A DNA stretch of 64,000 nucleotides, from assembly GCA_004431415.1 (NCBI GenBank), contig QPMI01000151.1, forward strand, positions 750 through 64,749. The letters run 5' to 3'. Made by a program: the position numbers and the translations under genes. Origin of the DNA: Cyanophora paradoxa CCMP329 (Eukaryota > Plantae > Glaucophyta). Below the pieces are notes generated by a model. That model saw only the letters and a program-made list of their open reading frames with translations. It did not search any database and was not told where the DNA came from. The first letter of the stretch is position 1. Each line of letters opens with the position of its first letter. Positions 39,001-52,079 of this stretch are shown one piece after another.

Positions 39001-41168
39001 CTCCTCGCGCGCGCGCTTCTGCCGCCGGCTGTCCAGACCAACAAGGTATCTGCAGGGTACGCGTTAGAGCGTCGGGGTACGAGAACTGTCTCGGCAGGGG
39101 CGATTACCTAAGGGCCGCCGACGCGTCGCGGAACTAAGGGGGGTATGAGGGCGAGCGGAGGGTGCGCGCGCTGGAGGAGGGGTACAGGGAACGCGCCCTG
39201 TTCGCCGGATCCGCCGCTTCGTACGCCGCCGTTAGCCTGGGTGGGGATCAGGGGTACTGACGCGACGCAGAGGGGGTACAGGGTCCCAGCGTACCGCTCG
39301 AACATGCCGGGTACAACGAAGACGTCGGGGCCGAGCAGGATCCGGGCCTGCGGCGGAGCGGGGGGTACAACGTCGCTCAGGTCCCTGGATCTCTACGAAC
39401 CCGGCGGGATTCGAACCTGCATCCTGAAGATCGTGTCGTTGAGCCACGTGAAGATGTCGGCGCCCGTACCCTGGCTCGGGAGGCCTGCGTTCGCACCGAA
39501 GCTCAGGGGTACGGCCCAAGCAAAACCGCGGGGCAGGGGTACGGCACCGTCCAGGAACCCGCGGATGACGTCGACGACGAGGTGGGAGAGCTGGGGGAAC
39601 TGGGGCGGGCACAGAGAGACGGGTCAGCGCGGCTCGGTCGACTCACTGATGATGAAGCGAGCCATGGTTTATGCTTCAAGGCTTCAAGTGACGTCACGCC
39701 TTGGCGGTGGAGAAGGCGGGGAGAGAGGAGGGGCGGGTGGGGAGGGGCGGCTGGGGGGGTCCTTAGGGCGAGGCCGGGGGGCTTAGGCCTCAGGGCCATA
39801 GTAAAGCGGGACGGCAGAGCGGGGCGGGGCGGGGGGGGCGGGGCGGGGCGGGCACGCCTTGGCTGTGGATACGGCGCGAGAGATGGCGGGCACGCGGTCC
39901 CTCTCGAAAAGCTGCGCCGAAAGTCAGAGGGAGGGGGATCGAGCGCGGCCTGCCCTGCCGTGCGGGAGGTCCCGGCGGGAGGTCCCGGCGGGGAAGCGGG
40001 GCGGTGGCCGGGCGGAGCTGCGCGGGGCGCGCCTCGGGGGAGGGCTCCTCGGCGGGAGGTGGGGCGGGGGGCCTTAGGGCGAGGCGAGGGGTTCAGGCCT
40101 TAGGCTCGTAAAGGCGGGGCGGAGCGAGGGCTAAGGCTCAAGACAGGCGGGGCGGGGCGGGGCGGGGCGGGGCCGGGCGCGCCTTGTCGGGCATGAACTT
40201 GCCGCTGACCTGGATGATCCCTGCGGATGGCGACGGCGAAGTGAGATTTGATCCCAAGCTTGACGATCTGCAGAGGTGCAGCCGAGCTCGGTCCCGGATC
40301 AAATCTAGATCGAAGCTAGTCCGGCCGGATCAAATGTGGTCTGGACGCGGCGCACCCTCGTTGGAGAACATGGCGGGATCAAATCTAGATCTCTAGTCCG
40401 GATCAAATCTAGATCGAATCCTGTCTCGAATCTGGTCTGGGCGCGGCGCACCCTCGTTGAAGGACATGGCGGGGTTGAAGTGGTAGAGGCGACTGCCCTC
40501 CGGCCCCGCCAGGAACGTCACCTGAGCCACGAGCCACGAGTTAACGCGAGGCGCGCGCGGCCGGGCTGTCGGGCCGGGCTCCACTGCGGCGGCCGAGCGG
40601 ACGCGCGCGCGCGAGATGGACCGGCGGCCGCGGCGCACCGTCTTCGATGAGAGGCCCAGAGGAACGTCCACGTTGAAGCAGTCCCTGCGACGCGCCGTTG
40701 GGCCGGGCCGCCGTGCGCGCGGCGTCCGCGGCCGCCGCTCCGGCCCGAGCGTTGCAATTGCGAGCTCGCAATTGCAACCTTCGAACAAGGCCAGGGCCGG
40801 CGCACCCGTACTTGGCCCTCAGCGCACGGTCGAAGAGCCGCGAGTCGCGGAACCACGAGGCTAGGACGGCGAGGAAGCTCGCCTGCCGAGCCGCGCCGCG
40901 CGCGGATGACGTGACGCGCGGGCGTCAGCGCCGTCGCAGCGCCAGCCGAGCGCGGATCGCACCGCGGGAGGTTCCGGGAGCTCTCCATCCTTCGTGCGCC
41001 TCCGCCGCGGCCAGAAAGCGTACGCGGCAAGCGCCGCCGCGCCCGCCGCGGCGGCGAGGCCAGCGACGCCCAGCTCCTGCTGCGCGCGGCGACGCGGTTA
41101 AAGTGCAAGCGCGTTTGCTGGCACGCAATGGGGGAGGGGCGCACGCCCTGCAGCTGCAGTACTGCCAT
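36056..41168 (-). CDS. Cytochrome P450 (CYP7/CYP39/CYP51-like), about 20 small exons
   Basis: N-terminal anchor GLAAAAGAAALAAYAFWPRRRR; KYG|DCF; ExxR (LYEIIRL, ~38005); GKYRIPAG; PERF-like FEDPLSFRPDRW; heme motif FGAGRHPCAG (~36770-36797); C-terminus PVPFRFRRRPLEA*. Confidence 0.93.
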
Positions 41169-41326
41169 TCGGCGAGTGCCGCTGTACCCCGCAAGCCGGG
41201 CTCACACCTGGCTCGCCGGGCTCAGACGGTGCCGACCCGGCGACTACGAACGCATCACAAGCACAGCGCAGAGAAGCGCAGCAGGCGAGCGCGGCCGCGC
41301 GTGCCGTCGGCGAGAGCCCGGCAACG

Positions 41327-43568
41327 ATGGCCATGGATGTCGAGGAGAGCGGAGCGGCTGCGACGGGCGTCGAAGCTCTGCCGTCCGAGCTCCTGCAGCT
41401 CATCCTCGGCAACCTGGAGCTGCAGGATCGGATGCGCGCCGCGGCGGTCTCGCGCCGGTGGCGGGCGGCTGCCGCCGAGCCGCCGTTCAGCACGGCGATG
41501 ACGCTCTGGTGAGCCCGCTTCCGTCCCGGCGCCCCACTCGCATCGACCGCGCGCTCCGCCTGAGCCCGACCTCGCGCCTTCTTCGATCCAGGGTCGCCGG
41601 GGACGTCCGCGGCGGCGACCCGCGGCCGGCGCTCGCCGCGCGGCGGCGGCGCGCGAGGGACTTCGAGAGCCTGCAGATCAAGGACCCGCACCCCATCGGC
41701 CTGGCGGAGGAGAGCGACGAGAGGCGGGCGCTCTCGGTCCTGTCGGCCGCGGCGCTGCTGCGGCAGCCGCCGTGCGATCGCCTCTCCGAGCTGCGCGTCG
41801 TGCTTCTCTACACGGGCGCGCTCTACTCGCTCTCGTCGGGCACGTCCCCCGAGGCGGAGCTCCTCGACGAGCTGCTGGCCTCGGCGCCCGAGGGGCTCGC
41901 CCGCCTCGAGCTGGACGCGCCGGGGGCCCACGCCGGCCACTTCGGGCGCGTCTGCCGCGGCCTGCGCATCCCGCGGCACGCCCCGTCGCTCCGCGAGCTC
42001 GTGCTCCGAGCCTCCGGCGCCCCCGCCACGCTGGTGCGTTTGAATTCGAAACTCAATTTGATCTGCACTTCAACAATTTGATCCGAGCGCCGTCTTAGGT
42101 CCAGTTCAAGGGCCACCCTACGGTCGAGTTTCTGGGGGCAAAGCTGGTGGCGCACAGCCCGCCGGACCTGCTGCGCGCCTTCCCCGCCCTCCGGTGCGCC
42201 CTTCGAACAAACCACCGCAGTGTGTTTGCGCCGCCTAAAGCTTCAGGCCGTCTTAAGCTTGAGCGCTTATCTTCAAAAAGCTCTAAACCCGAAAGCCTTA
42301 GACCGTCCTAAGCTCGCCAAGTCAAAGTTAATCATCGAATTCGAAGCCTCGACCCCTCCTACGCTGCTGCCTAGCCTTGCCCTTGAGCCTCGAACTCGAG
42401 ACGGGGGCGCGCTGCTGCCTTGGCTTAAGCTTAAGCTGCCCTGGCTGCTGCCGCGCGCGCAGGCGGGTGCAGCAGCTCGCGGTCTCCGCCATCGAGTCCG
42501 GCGACGAGGCGGACGACGCGGCGGCGCGCGGCGACGCCGCGGCGCTCCTCGCCGCCGCCGCCGCCGCCGGCGTCCGCTGCCGGTGCCGCTGCCCGCCCCG
42601 CCCCCGCCCCGCCCGCGCCCCTTTCCTCCTTTGCGCTCTTTCCTTTCCTCCTCCTCACGGGGCGGCAGGGCGCTCGAGGCCAAGGGGCTCGACCTGAGCG
42701 CCGCCGCCCCCGCCGCCGCCCTCTCCTCCCTCCTCCGGTATACGTACCCCCCCCCGGCACCCGCCACTAGTACCCCCCCGTCTTCTGATCGTGGCGGCAG
42801 CTCGTCCTCCGATTGCGTCACCCGCGCGCCCTCGAGCTCCGGTACCCCCCTCGAGCTCTCCCTGCTCCGCTGCCGCCTGCCCTGCGCGTGGCCCCCGGAC
42901 GCCTTTCCCGGCCTCTCCAGGCGCGTCTTCCGTACCCCTCCCTGCGTGCCGTACCCCTTCGGGATGACGCACCCTGCAGGCTCTGCATCCGGGATCCCCC
43001 CTCCGCTCTACCCGCGTCCATGCTGCATTGGATCGTCGGTTCGAGTCTCCCCGGGCCCCCTTTCTTCGAGTCTTCGCATCTCCGAAATCTGAGGGTCCGC
43101 GCCTCAGGCGGGTCCCACGCGTGTGCCCTCCGCGACCTCCAGCTCGACTGCTCCTTCGAGGGAGTCGCCCCCGGTGCGCTTTTCTCTCTTCTTCTCTCGC
43201 TGTTAACGCTAACGTTTGCCCCCTCACTTTCTGGCCCGCCCGCAGCGGACCTCGTCGCCAGCCTCGCGGGGCTGCCGGCCGGCGCGCGCGTCTCGATCGG
43301 GCCGAACTGCATCGAGGCGTGGCCCAGCGAGCAGCTCTCCCAGGCGATCTTAATTTACATCCTCCGTCCCCGTCCCCGTCCCCGGCTAGCTGAGCTCGAG
43401 GCCGGCAGGCGATGGCGGCGGCGTGCGGGTCCGGGGCCGCCGGGACGCCGGCACTGCGGTTGCCCCAGAGACTGCGGCTCCTCGTGGGGCCGGCGGCCAC
43501 CGCCCGAGAGGCGCCCGCGGCCGGCGGCCGAGAAGCGCCGCTCTCTGGCTGCACTGCCGCCCGAGTGA
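41327..43568 (+). CDS. F-box protein with LRR-like segments, spliced
   Basis: EALPSELLQLILGNLELQDRMRAAAVSRRWRAAA (F-box), then LSELRV, LARLEL, LRELVL and LRNLRV motifs. The 3' end is approximate. Confidence 0.85.
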
Positions 43569-44302
43569 GCCTCGGAGGGAGGGAAGCGCTGGCGCTCTAA
43601 GCGCATGGCTCATGTGCACGCGCTCCCGACCTTCTTCTCTGAGCTTGAGCCACCGGCTATGTGAGCTCGAGTGTGTGTACATGTGTGTACGGTTAACTTT
43701 GGCGGGCGGGGGGGGGGGGGGGGGGGGGGGGGATGTTCGGGCGGGGGGGATGTTCGGAGGGGGGGGGGAGGGGGGGGCACGTAGTCAGAGGAGGTGGAGC
43801 ACCGTCACGGCGTGGAGGCGGCAGAATAATATTAATAGGAGGGGCAAAACGATGACCATTACTAATGCAGCGTGCAGCCTGTGCAGGTACCGTGCCACGG
43901 TGCACGAGGACAGGACAGCGCTCGAAGCTGGCAAATTAAATTCGAAGTATCTGAACTAAATTTCGGCGCGGTAACTTGGCCCAGTGGTATATATCGCGGT
44001 ACGTAAGTGCACGTGAGTGTGGCGGACCGGTACCGCCGCCGGTCGTACGTATACGTATACATACTTGCCGCGCGGCCGGTATACGTACGCATACGTATCA
44101 TAGCACTGCGGCATACCGCAGCCAGGATACTAGTATCTCTCAGATCTAGAGTCCGGATCCGACGGTCTGCCGATTCTCTGGGAGACCGATTTCGCACTTG
44201 CACTGCCGCGTATACGTAGTAAAATTGCCGCGGAGTTCTTAATTGATCTTGGACCGTCACTGAGTGAGTCTGAGTCAGTGCTGTACTGTGAGCCTGTACA
44301 TG

Positions 44303-44337
<35 letters not shown>

Positions 44338-44911
44338 GCGGTTGCGAGTGTGCGAGTTCATGAGTTCATAGCCTGCATGACCCGCATTCAAATAAACCCA
44401 CTGCCGGCGCCGGGCTCGAGCTTTTCAGTCTGCATGACCCGCGTTTTAAAAAACTGTTTGAACCCACCGCCCGGCTCGGGCTTACTGAAATACCCATCTG
44501 CAGGTTGCAATTGCCCTTCGAATTTCCGTTGAGATCTAGATCTAGATCTGATGATCTCTGCACTTCAGCGCGCAATGATCGCGAGGTCGAGGCACAATCG
44601 CGAGTCGCGGACTGTACTGCGGCACATGTACATGTTGTCTGTCCGACAAATTTAAACTATGACTAATGCGCCAAACTGCAAGTTTGTTTAATCTACAGAA
44701 GGCTATCTAAAGGCGCGATTTCAATCAACGTCAGAACAAAGGAATTCGAATTCGGCATCTTCGAATTCTCTGTAATTATATATAAGCGAAAGCGAAAGAG
44801 CGAAATGCAAAAGCGTATTTATCTGACGATATCGACGAATTGATATCGCGAGTTCACTGCATTGTGCGTGTGCTGTTATATATATATTAAGGAATGAAAG
44901 GCCTCACTGAC

Positions 44912-46410
44912 TCAAATGGCTCCGACGATGCATGCAGATGCTCGCAATCGCAAGCACCGGGGCTAGTATAAGTAGCCGCTTTCCTGCCATAGTCGGGCAT
45001 TCTTGTACGACACAGAATCTTGAATATCAGTACCAAAACTCTGCCAATTTGCATCTGCAACTTGGGAGCACATCGGGAAGGGCTTGAGCTCAACTTAAGC
45101 CTTAATTAAGGGAACCTCAACCTAATTCGAAGGGACCGGATCCGGAGATATCCAGGTCTGTTATATATTATCCTACCAATTAGGCCTCTGGTTGTGACCC
45201 CTAGATTATATCTGGGTTTTACCCGGATTTATCCAGACGCTCAATACGACCATCATGAACAGCTGCGCGTCGACGCCCCAAGGACAGTGAGCAAGCTTTT
45301 TGTTAAGTGAAGAGCAGCATTGAATAGAAAATATTCGATGGTGAATCTACGTATCCCGCACCGTCGAGGTTGAGGATGCAGCAGCAGCAGCAGCAGCGTT
45401 GGGCCAGTAGGGAACGGACGCGGTCTCCTGCAGCTGCTGGTACACGAACGCCTGCGCATGCCGCACGCGTCCAACAGCAACCTCAGCTGCACAGTTCTCA
45501 AGATTGAACAGCACGGCGCGCGCACGTTTCCGAGGACGAAGGCCCGGAAGGCAGGAGTGCCCGTGTTGCTGTCACTCTCGATGCGGAGGTTGTAGTTCTT
45601 GCCGGCGAGAAGCTGGAGGAGGAAGCGCGAGAGCAGCTGGCGGCCGTTCGAATTCCCTCCCCGGTTTGAGTTCAGCGGCGGGATCCTGAAGCGAATCTCT
45701 TTCGTCGACACGATGGACGGCTGGAAATTAAATGAATGCGCATGCACGTTTGTAAGTTGAAGCAAGCAAGTAGAAAATAACACAAAACGGATTGCCTGAA
45801 TGGTCGCGATTCTGTTCGACGGGTTGTCGGGGTCCTAGGCCTCGATGTAGATCTTGATCATGCATATGATGGGTTCTCCGACGGGCAGGTTCTCACCGAA
45901 AATGCTAATGAAGCCGCTCGTGCCGGTCTGCGCGAGCGTAGCATTTAGCGACGATGTTCATGAGATTGGTATATCTACATCTCTTCAAGCTTAAGGCTTC
46001 CAGATCACACCGTGGGAGCAGTCACGACGGGCTTGCTGAGCATAACCTGATCATGACCCACTAATGAGTGTGTGGTACTCTCGACGATATCGATCGGAGT
46101 AAGCAGCATGCGCACGGCCCGACCTTGACGCTGCCGTCCGCTTGGACTGTGGCGCCTGTGACGTTGAAAGTGAAGCCGTTGATGTCGACGTCGATGGAGA
46201 TTTGCACAATGTTGATGACCGGTACCGGCTGCGCATTTCAGATAATATAAAGCGGACGTTAGACCTGCGCAGGTGAATTGTAACGATCAGAAGACTTTCT
46301 TCACCAGCGGAGAGGGCGTCGGCGGCGGGAGGGTCGGTGCAGGCGTCGGCGGAAGGTCGGCGGGCGGTGTCGGGGCGACAGTCGGGCTCGGGGTCGGCGT
46401 TTCGGAGAGA
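44912..46410 (-). pseudogene. Inverted partial duplicate of the 3' half of the 53.1-57.4 kb surface-protein gene
   Basis: Exon- and intron-level similarity to 56200-57370. In-frame TAG created by a CCTAGG insertion (45834-45842); last exon split by a 290-bp insertion; no 5' exons seen. Confidence 0.85.
44959..45248. mobile_element. 290-bp insertion flanked by ACC/ACC
   Basis: Absent from the paralogous exon at ~57330. ACC at 44956-44958 and 45249-45251; no TIR seen. Confidence 0.55.
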
Positions 46411-47041
46411 GCTGCGTGCCAGCCAAGCACGCGATCGCTATTACGCGATCGACTTTTATTCCATCAGATGGCAAGTGGGGCGGAACTGGAGACGAGAGGA
46501 GAGGAGGCCGGGCACGAGGAAAGAGACGGAGGTGGTGGGGGGCGGTGGGGTGGTGCGGGCCGGGGGCCAGAGAGGATACCGAGAAACACAAGGGGCACGG
46601 GGTACTCGTCTGGAAGAAAGGAAAGGGGGTATACGTAGTACGGGCCTTGACGGGGGAGCGACAGCGCTAGCGAGCTCGACGGCGTGCGCAGTGCTAGCAT
46701 GCGCGCATGTGCAGACAGTGCACTGCGGCAGTACAAACGGCCTGCGCGACCCTCATGAAAAATGGGAACATGGGAACTTCACATTATCGATGATTTAGCG
46801 ATGTCTTCTAATCATTTGAATCACCCTCCCCTGGCTGCTGAACCTTATAGTACAGTATTAATATCATAGTATTAGCGGCGACCGTCGGACGCCGCGCGTG
46901 CTTCTGCGCTCCCTTCGAGCAATTCAACTACCCCTCCCCTCCCCCCCCCCCCCCTCCCCCCCCCCCGGGCCTCAGGTTTAATAGTATCAAAAACTTTAGT
47001 ACTCAGGCCTTGGAACTTTATACCCCACCTTGCCTGTATAC

Positions 47042-47094
47042 GCCCCCACAGTGCTGGAGTAGACTAGAGGCTGTGGCCGGTAATTCACTAAAAA
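47042..47094 (+). repeat. Degenerate copy of the retroelement 3' terminus
   Basis: GCCCCCACAGTGCTGG...CTGTGGCCGGTAATTCACTAAAAA matches 17440-17490. Confidence 0.85.
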
Positions 47095-47132
47095 CAAATA
47101 GTACTATAGCTACTAGCTAGTACTATTAATAT

Positions 47133-47489
47133 CCAACCTCTTAAATATTTCCTAGGCCTGCTTTACAGTATTTCCGAAAGTTCCCCCCGCCGCCGTTAAC
47201 GTTGGGGCCGCCCGGGCGGCCGGTAGTAGACTAGTATTAGTAGTACTAGTATACTAGTGGCCACGGACTCCGGGACTCGGCCGGCGCGGAGTGCCCACTG
47301 CCCACTGCCCACTGCCCACTGCGGCACTGCCCATTGCCCACAGTGCCCAGCGCCCAGCCGCCGCCCATGGCCACTGCCCAGTGCCCACTGGCCATGCATA
47401 CTGTAATTCGGGTAATATTTAAGACCCCAAAATAATTAGTAATCCCGGGGTTTGGTCGGTTTAGTAGGCTGATAATATTTAAGAGTTGG
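47133..47489. mobile_element. Putative MITE with internal CACTGCC repeats
   Basis: CCAACCTCTTAAATATT at the left end vs AATATTTAAGAGTTGG at the right end (one indel). Tandem CCCACTG units at 47294-47390. Confidence 0.6.
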
Positions 47490-47623
47490 CCGCGCGGAGC
47501 GCTCTAGTAGCGGCCTTCAGAAGGGCCTAGAGGGTGGGCGCGGCGCGCGCTAGGGGGTCTAGCTAGCTGTCTCCTCTAGATTTCGGCTAGCTCGTTGCGC
47601 GGTTCTGCATGGACTCGTTGGAG

Positions 47624-47773
47624 TTCTCCCTAGCTGTCATGCTCGATCTCCTCTAGATTTCCACTTCGTCGCACTGCGCCGCGTACGCCGCACGGAACCA
47701 CTTCTCCCTAGCTGTCTTGCTCGATCTCCTCTAGATTTTCACTTCTTCGCACCGCGCCGCGTACGCCGCACGG
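47624..47773. repeat. ~78-bp tandem duplication
   Basis: TTCTCCCTAGCTGTC.TGCTCGATCTCCTCTAGATTT.CACTTC.TCGCAC.GCGCCGCGTACGCCGCACGG occurs twice, with a partial third copy at ~47563. Confidence 0.85.
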
Positions 47774-50700
47774 TATCCGTGCCGCCTAGACTACTTTTCA
47801 CTGCATCAAGCTTTAAGCTTGCACCGCAGCACGTGTATCGACGCCCGCGCAGCCCCGGGCCCGTGGGCCGGAGTGTCCCGTATACGTACCGCGTAGCTTT
47901 TGCTCGCGATCCAGCCTCTGCTCGCAGCCGCACCGCTAGCGCTGCGGACGTTGTTGGCGCCCCGCGGCCGGCGGCTGTCCCTTCGCGCCGGGCGGTCCGC
48001 ACCCTCGAGTGTCGCCTCGGCCCCGCGCGTAACCGCCTCGGGCCTCCGGCGCCGGTCTTGCAAGCTGACCAGCTCTTGCGAGCGCATCAGCGGCAAACCG
48101 AGCGCTCGAATTGCGAATAACAAAGAGGGGCGCGTGTGCAGCTGCAGCGCGTGAACAGCGAGCAAGCGAGATCATTGCGTGCGCGAGAATTCGGGCGTTA
48201 ACTGAGCTTCGGAACTGAGCTTAACCAAAAGAAAGCGCCTCGGCAACGAACAAGAGAAAGCTAACATGGGACGAGGGCGCAAAGCTGGTGCAGAGCTGCC
48301 TGAAGGCATCGCTGAGGGCGTGAGCATACAAAATCCCCCCCCCCCCCCCCCCCCGAATCGGGAAAAAAACGCCGAAGCCGGAACGGCGCAATGTCGTCGA
48401 CCTGTCAACCCGTACATGATCGTGTGTACTGCAGGATCGCTCCAGCGCTCACGCGGAGGAAGTCGAGGTCGACACAGCATGCCGATCGCAAGCGCAAGCG
48501 ATGCCCAGCACGTTCGCAAGCGATGCTGAAGGCCGCCGACAGGGCGTTTCCATCCAGCCGTAGATCCCGTCAGCCCGCACGCGCGCCCCGCCTTCCCGCT
48601 TGACGCCCGCTTGCACCTGACGGTCCCTCCGCAGGCCGTTGTGCCCGTCAGTCGAACCGGCTGAGTTCTGCATCGAGTCGCCGTCTGAACGCGCCCTCGC
48701 CTGATCGTGACTCGTGAGCCGCCGCCCGCGCTCCCGGAACTCGCGCACCCCGTCTAACGCCTGATCGTGAGCCGCCGCCCGCGCTGCGGGAACTCGCGCA
48801 CCCCGTCTTACGGGCGCTGTGCGTTGCGTATCAGCCGATGCGGCTAGCGTATGCATGGACCCAGGTCCCACATCGTCCCTAGCCCCGTTAGTGCGGCCGC
48901 ACGCCCCGCCCTCCTCGTGGGCGCGCGTCTGACGGGCCCCGCGCAGGCCACCGTGCCCGTCAGTCGAAGCGCTCGGCGCCTGCATCCACTCGGCGTCCCC
49001 GTGAGCCTCCCGGCCCGCCCCCGCCCCCCGTGCCCTCGACTGACCGACGCTTTCCAGGCCTCCCGTCGTCGCTAGCCTCGCCGGCCGGGCCTGCTGCTCG
49101 GCCGGGCCTGCAGCCCTTTTCTACTCTTTACAATCATATATAATCTGTTTCTATCTTTACTACTTCAACCTGCCGCGCGCGCTGGGCCGGGGTCAATCTA
49201 CATCTGCCCCGTGCATGTTCGTGCCACTACTACTCTTTCATTAGATCCAGATTCCCCCCTTGCACCCCCGGCGCGCCAAAACGCGGCCGGGCCACTAGTA
49301 CTAGTAAATATTTCCCGACTTACAGTATGGTGACGCCGCTGACCGTGGCTGACCGTGACGCGAATTTCGAACGGACGGTCACGGCCCCACAGGTACGCCG
49401 GGTGACGCGTACGGCGCCGGGCCGGCGCGGCGCGCGCCGGCGCCGCGCCCGGCGGGCTCAGCGGCTGGCGGCGCGCCCGGATCCGAATTTCAAAACTCCG
49501 GCCCGGCGGCACCGACAAACTTGAAAGGTTAAAAAAAAGAAGATGGGGCCGGCGACCGGCGCGGGCCGGGCGCGCGGCGCGCGGCGCGGCCGCCGGGCCG
49601 GGGCGCCGGGCGCGCGGCGGCCGCCGGGCGGCGCGGCCGACCGCGCGGCGCCCGGCCGGCGCCCGCGGCCGTCGCTTTCAATTTAATTTTTGTTAAACAC
49701 ACCGTGATCGACGGGCCCAATACTAAGTTTTTTTTGGGAGGGGTGAGGGGCCACTGAGGGCATCGCCCCCACGGTGTTCACTGCCCAATGCGGTCCCCCC
49801 GCCCAGTGGGACGGCCGAGCCAAAAATCTTCGATAGCCTGATTGAGGTAACAAAACTTACCACTGAATTGGGCCCTTGGATCCGGACTCCGGAGTCGACG
49901 TCTCCGAGGCGCCACGGCCCACGTGCACTGCGCGCCAGTCAGGGTTCCACACTCGCAGTCCAGGCTGTCCCGGCCTGTACGACGGTCCATGCATATGCTA
50001 CCGTAGTACTCCATGCCAGTCCATGGCACTCCAGGCCATGCCAGCATCATGGCATGCGCAGCCGGCCCCGGCGCCAGCTACGTATATACCGGTAGCTATA
50101 GATGCAGATCCGATGATCATGCAGTACTAGTGCGCTGCACTGCGGCAGCTAGCGCTAGCTGAGCTAGCGCTGCGCGCATCACGCGGCGCATGCGCACTGC
50201 CTGTGGTTCGGGCTACCCCTACAAATTCCCGGCTTTAGCAGGCGGGAAATATTTAGTAGATCGTCCAAAACCTTTTAGTACTATAAATATGCAGCCCACT
50301 AAATATTTCTAGTTCTACAGTATACGCGAACGCTGTAGTATAGTACTGTAGTAGTACTTAGTAGTAGTAGTAGTACTGTAGTAGTACTTAGTAGTACTGT
50401 ACGCTACGAGTTATGGGCCTTAGGCGGAGTTTCCTGGGCCTGTGGAATTCGTCGTCTCGGCAATTCCGGGTTATCGTCTCGGCAATTCCGGTTTTTGTCG
50501 AATTCGGCAATTTAACTACCGTAGTACGCGGCAATTTAAGCATTCTTACAGTAGCAGCTATTAGCTATGCAGGCTACCAGTATAGCTACGTATACTGTCA
50601 CATGTACAGTGTAAACGTACCGTTACGTACGACTCGGCGAATTGAATATCCGCCATGGCCAGCACTTTATTTCGCCAAAACACGAAAATCCTGGCGAAAA

Positions 50701-50967
50701 TTAGTCCGCCAGCGTCTTGATTTCGCCACTGGGCCACCCCGCGACCCTCGCCATAGCCGACGCGTTGAACGAAGCTCCGCCGGCCGGGAGGCTACGTTAG
50801 CCTACGTATACGTTACCCTACGACGGGGCCTACGTATACTGCTCTGGTATGAACCGTATGATACGTAGCCTGGCAGGCGGGCCGCGGGCCGGGCCGTCGG
50901 CCTGTCGCCGGGCCGACGCCCCGGGCCGTCGACGTCGCCCGGCCGGCCCGTCGGCGGCTACCGTATA

Positions 50968-51213
50968 CTGTAAACGTAAAAATTTTCGTCGGGACTTAAT
51001 TTCGACAAAACCCGAAAGTCGTGACGAAAAGATGGTTCGCATATTTTCGTCAGCCCCAGGACTCCGCCATAGACGGGTCAGCCATTAGTACCCCTCTCCA
51101 TTCAAACTTTCAGGCTTTCAGTTCAAGAGTATCAAATATTCGTCAAAGTGCAGGTCTGACGAATATTAATATAGACGAAATGAAGACGCTGTCGAAGATT
51201 CCTACGTTTACAG
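50968..51213. mobile_element. MITE with TA target duplication (Tc1/mariner-like)
   Basis: TA|CTGTAAACGTA...TACGTTTACAG|TA with imperfect extension to ~22 bp; internal TTCGTC/GACGAA repeats. Confidence 0.8.
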
Positions 51214-51916
51214 TACGTAGTTGTACGGTAGTACTATACTACTAGTACGTACTACGTATACGCGGGAATCGCGGCGGGATCCGGATTCCGGAGCTTCCGA
51301 ATCAAAGTTCCGATTGCAACTTCCGGATGATCGATTCATTCAATTGCAAGTTCCGCGAAGTTCCGCTGCGCATGCCGCATGCAGTGCGCCGGAGCTTCGA
51401 GCTGAAGCTTAAAAGCTTAATTAATTATAAGCTTATTTTTTCTTCCGCCGAATTCGCGGGCCGCCGGAGTCGCGACCGCCGACCGGACGGCGGACACTGC
51501 CGGGACCGCGTCACGCACGGTGACGCACCGCGGCTGCCGCAGCCTGCCGGAGCTTCCGTAACGGCTTCGTCACGCTTTTTACCGGGAAATTGGGGGAATC
51601 CTTTTTTTTGCGAACTCGGGAATCCGTGAATTGATATCGGGCCCGGGGTCGGGACCGCCGGCCGGACAATCCGGCCCCCATTATCCGGGGTCCGGGCCCC
51701 GGGGAGTCCGGAGTCCGGATCGATATCGGACCGCGGCCTCGGATCCTATATATACCGTACTAACCGTAGTACTGTACGTAGGATTGCAATAATTGCCACT
51801 TTAGCAGCTGGTAAAACTTTGGTATGTCAATCTTGACAGGGCTTTTGTATGGCGAAGACGGGACTACCCCTTCAAATTCTCGGCTTTAGCAGGCGGCTAA
51901 ATTCTCGGCTTTAGCA

Positions 51917-52079
51917 GGCCACATGTACAGCCTGTAAACACCAGCACTGCGGGGGCTGCCCAGGGGGCATATACAACAAAGAGAACGACTGAAATAAGAA
52001 AACTAAGGCAAGAGCACTATGGACAAAGACAAAGAGCCAAAATGGACAGCAGAGGAAGAGAGTCCGAGAAGAGACGACA
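51917..52079 (-). repeat. ~165-bp fragment of the retroelement 3' region lacking the last ~15-20 nt
   Basis: Reverse complement aligns with ~17305-17473, including ATGCCCCCTGGGCAGCCCCCGCAGTGCTGGTG. Confidence 0.88.

Noticed and set aside
47739-49075. Protein-coding gene or transposase
   Set aside because: No recognisable motifs or consistent exon structure; probably a decayed repeat.
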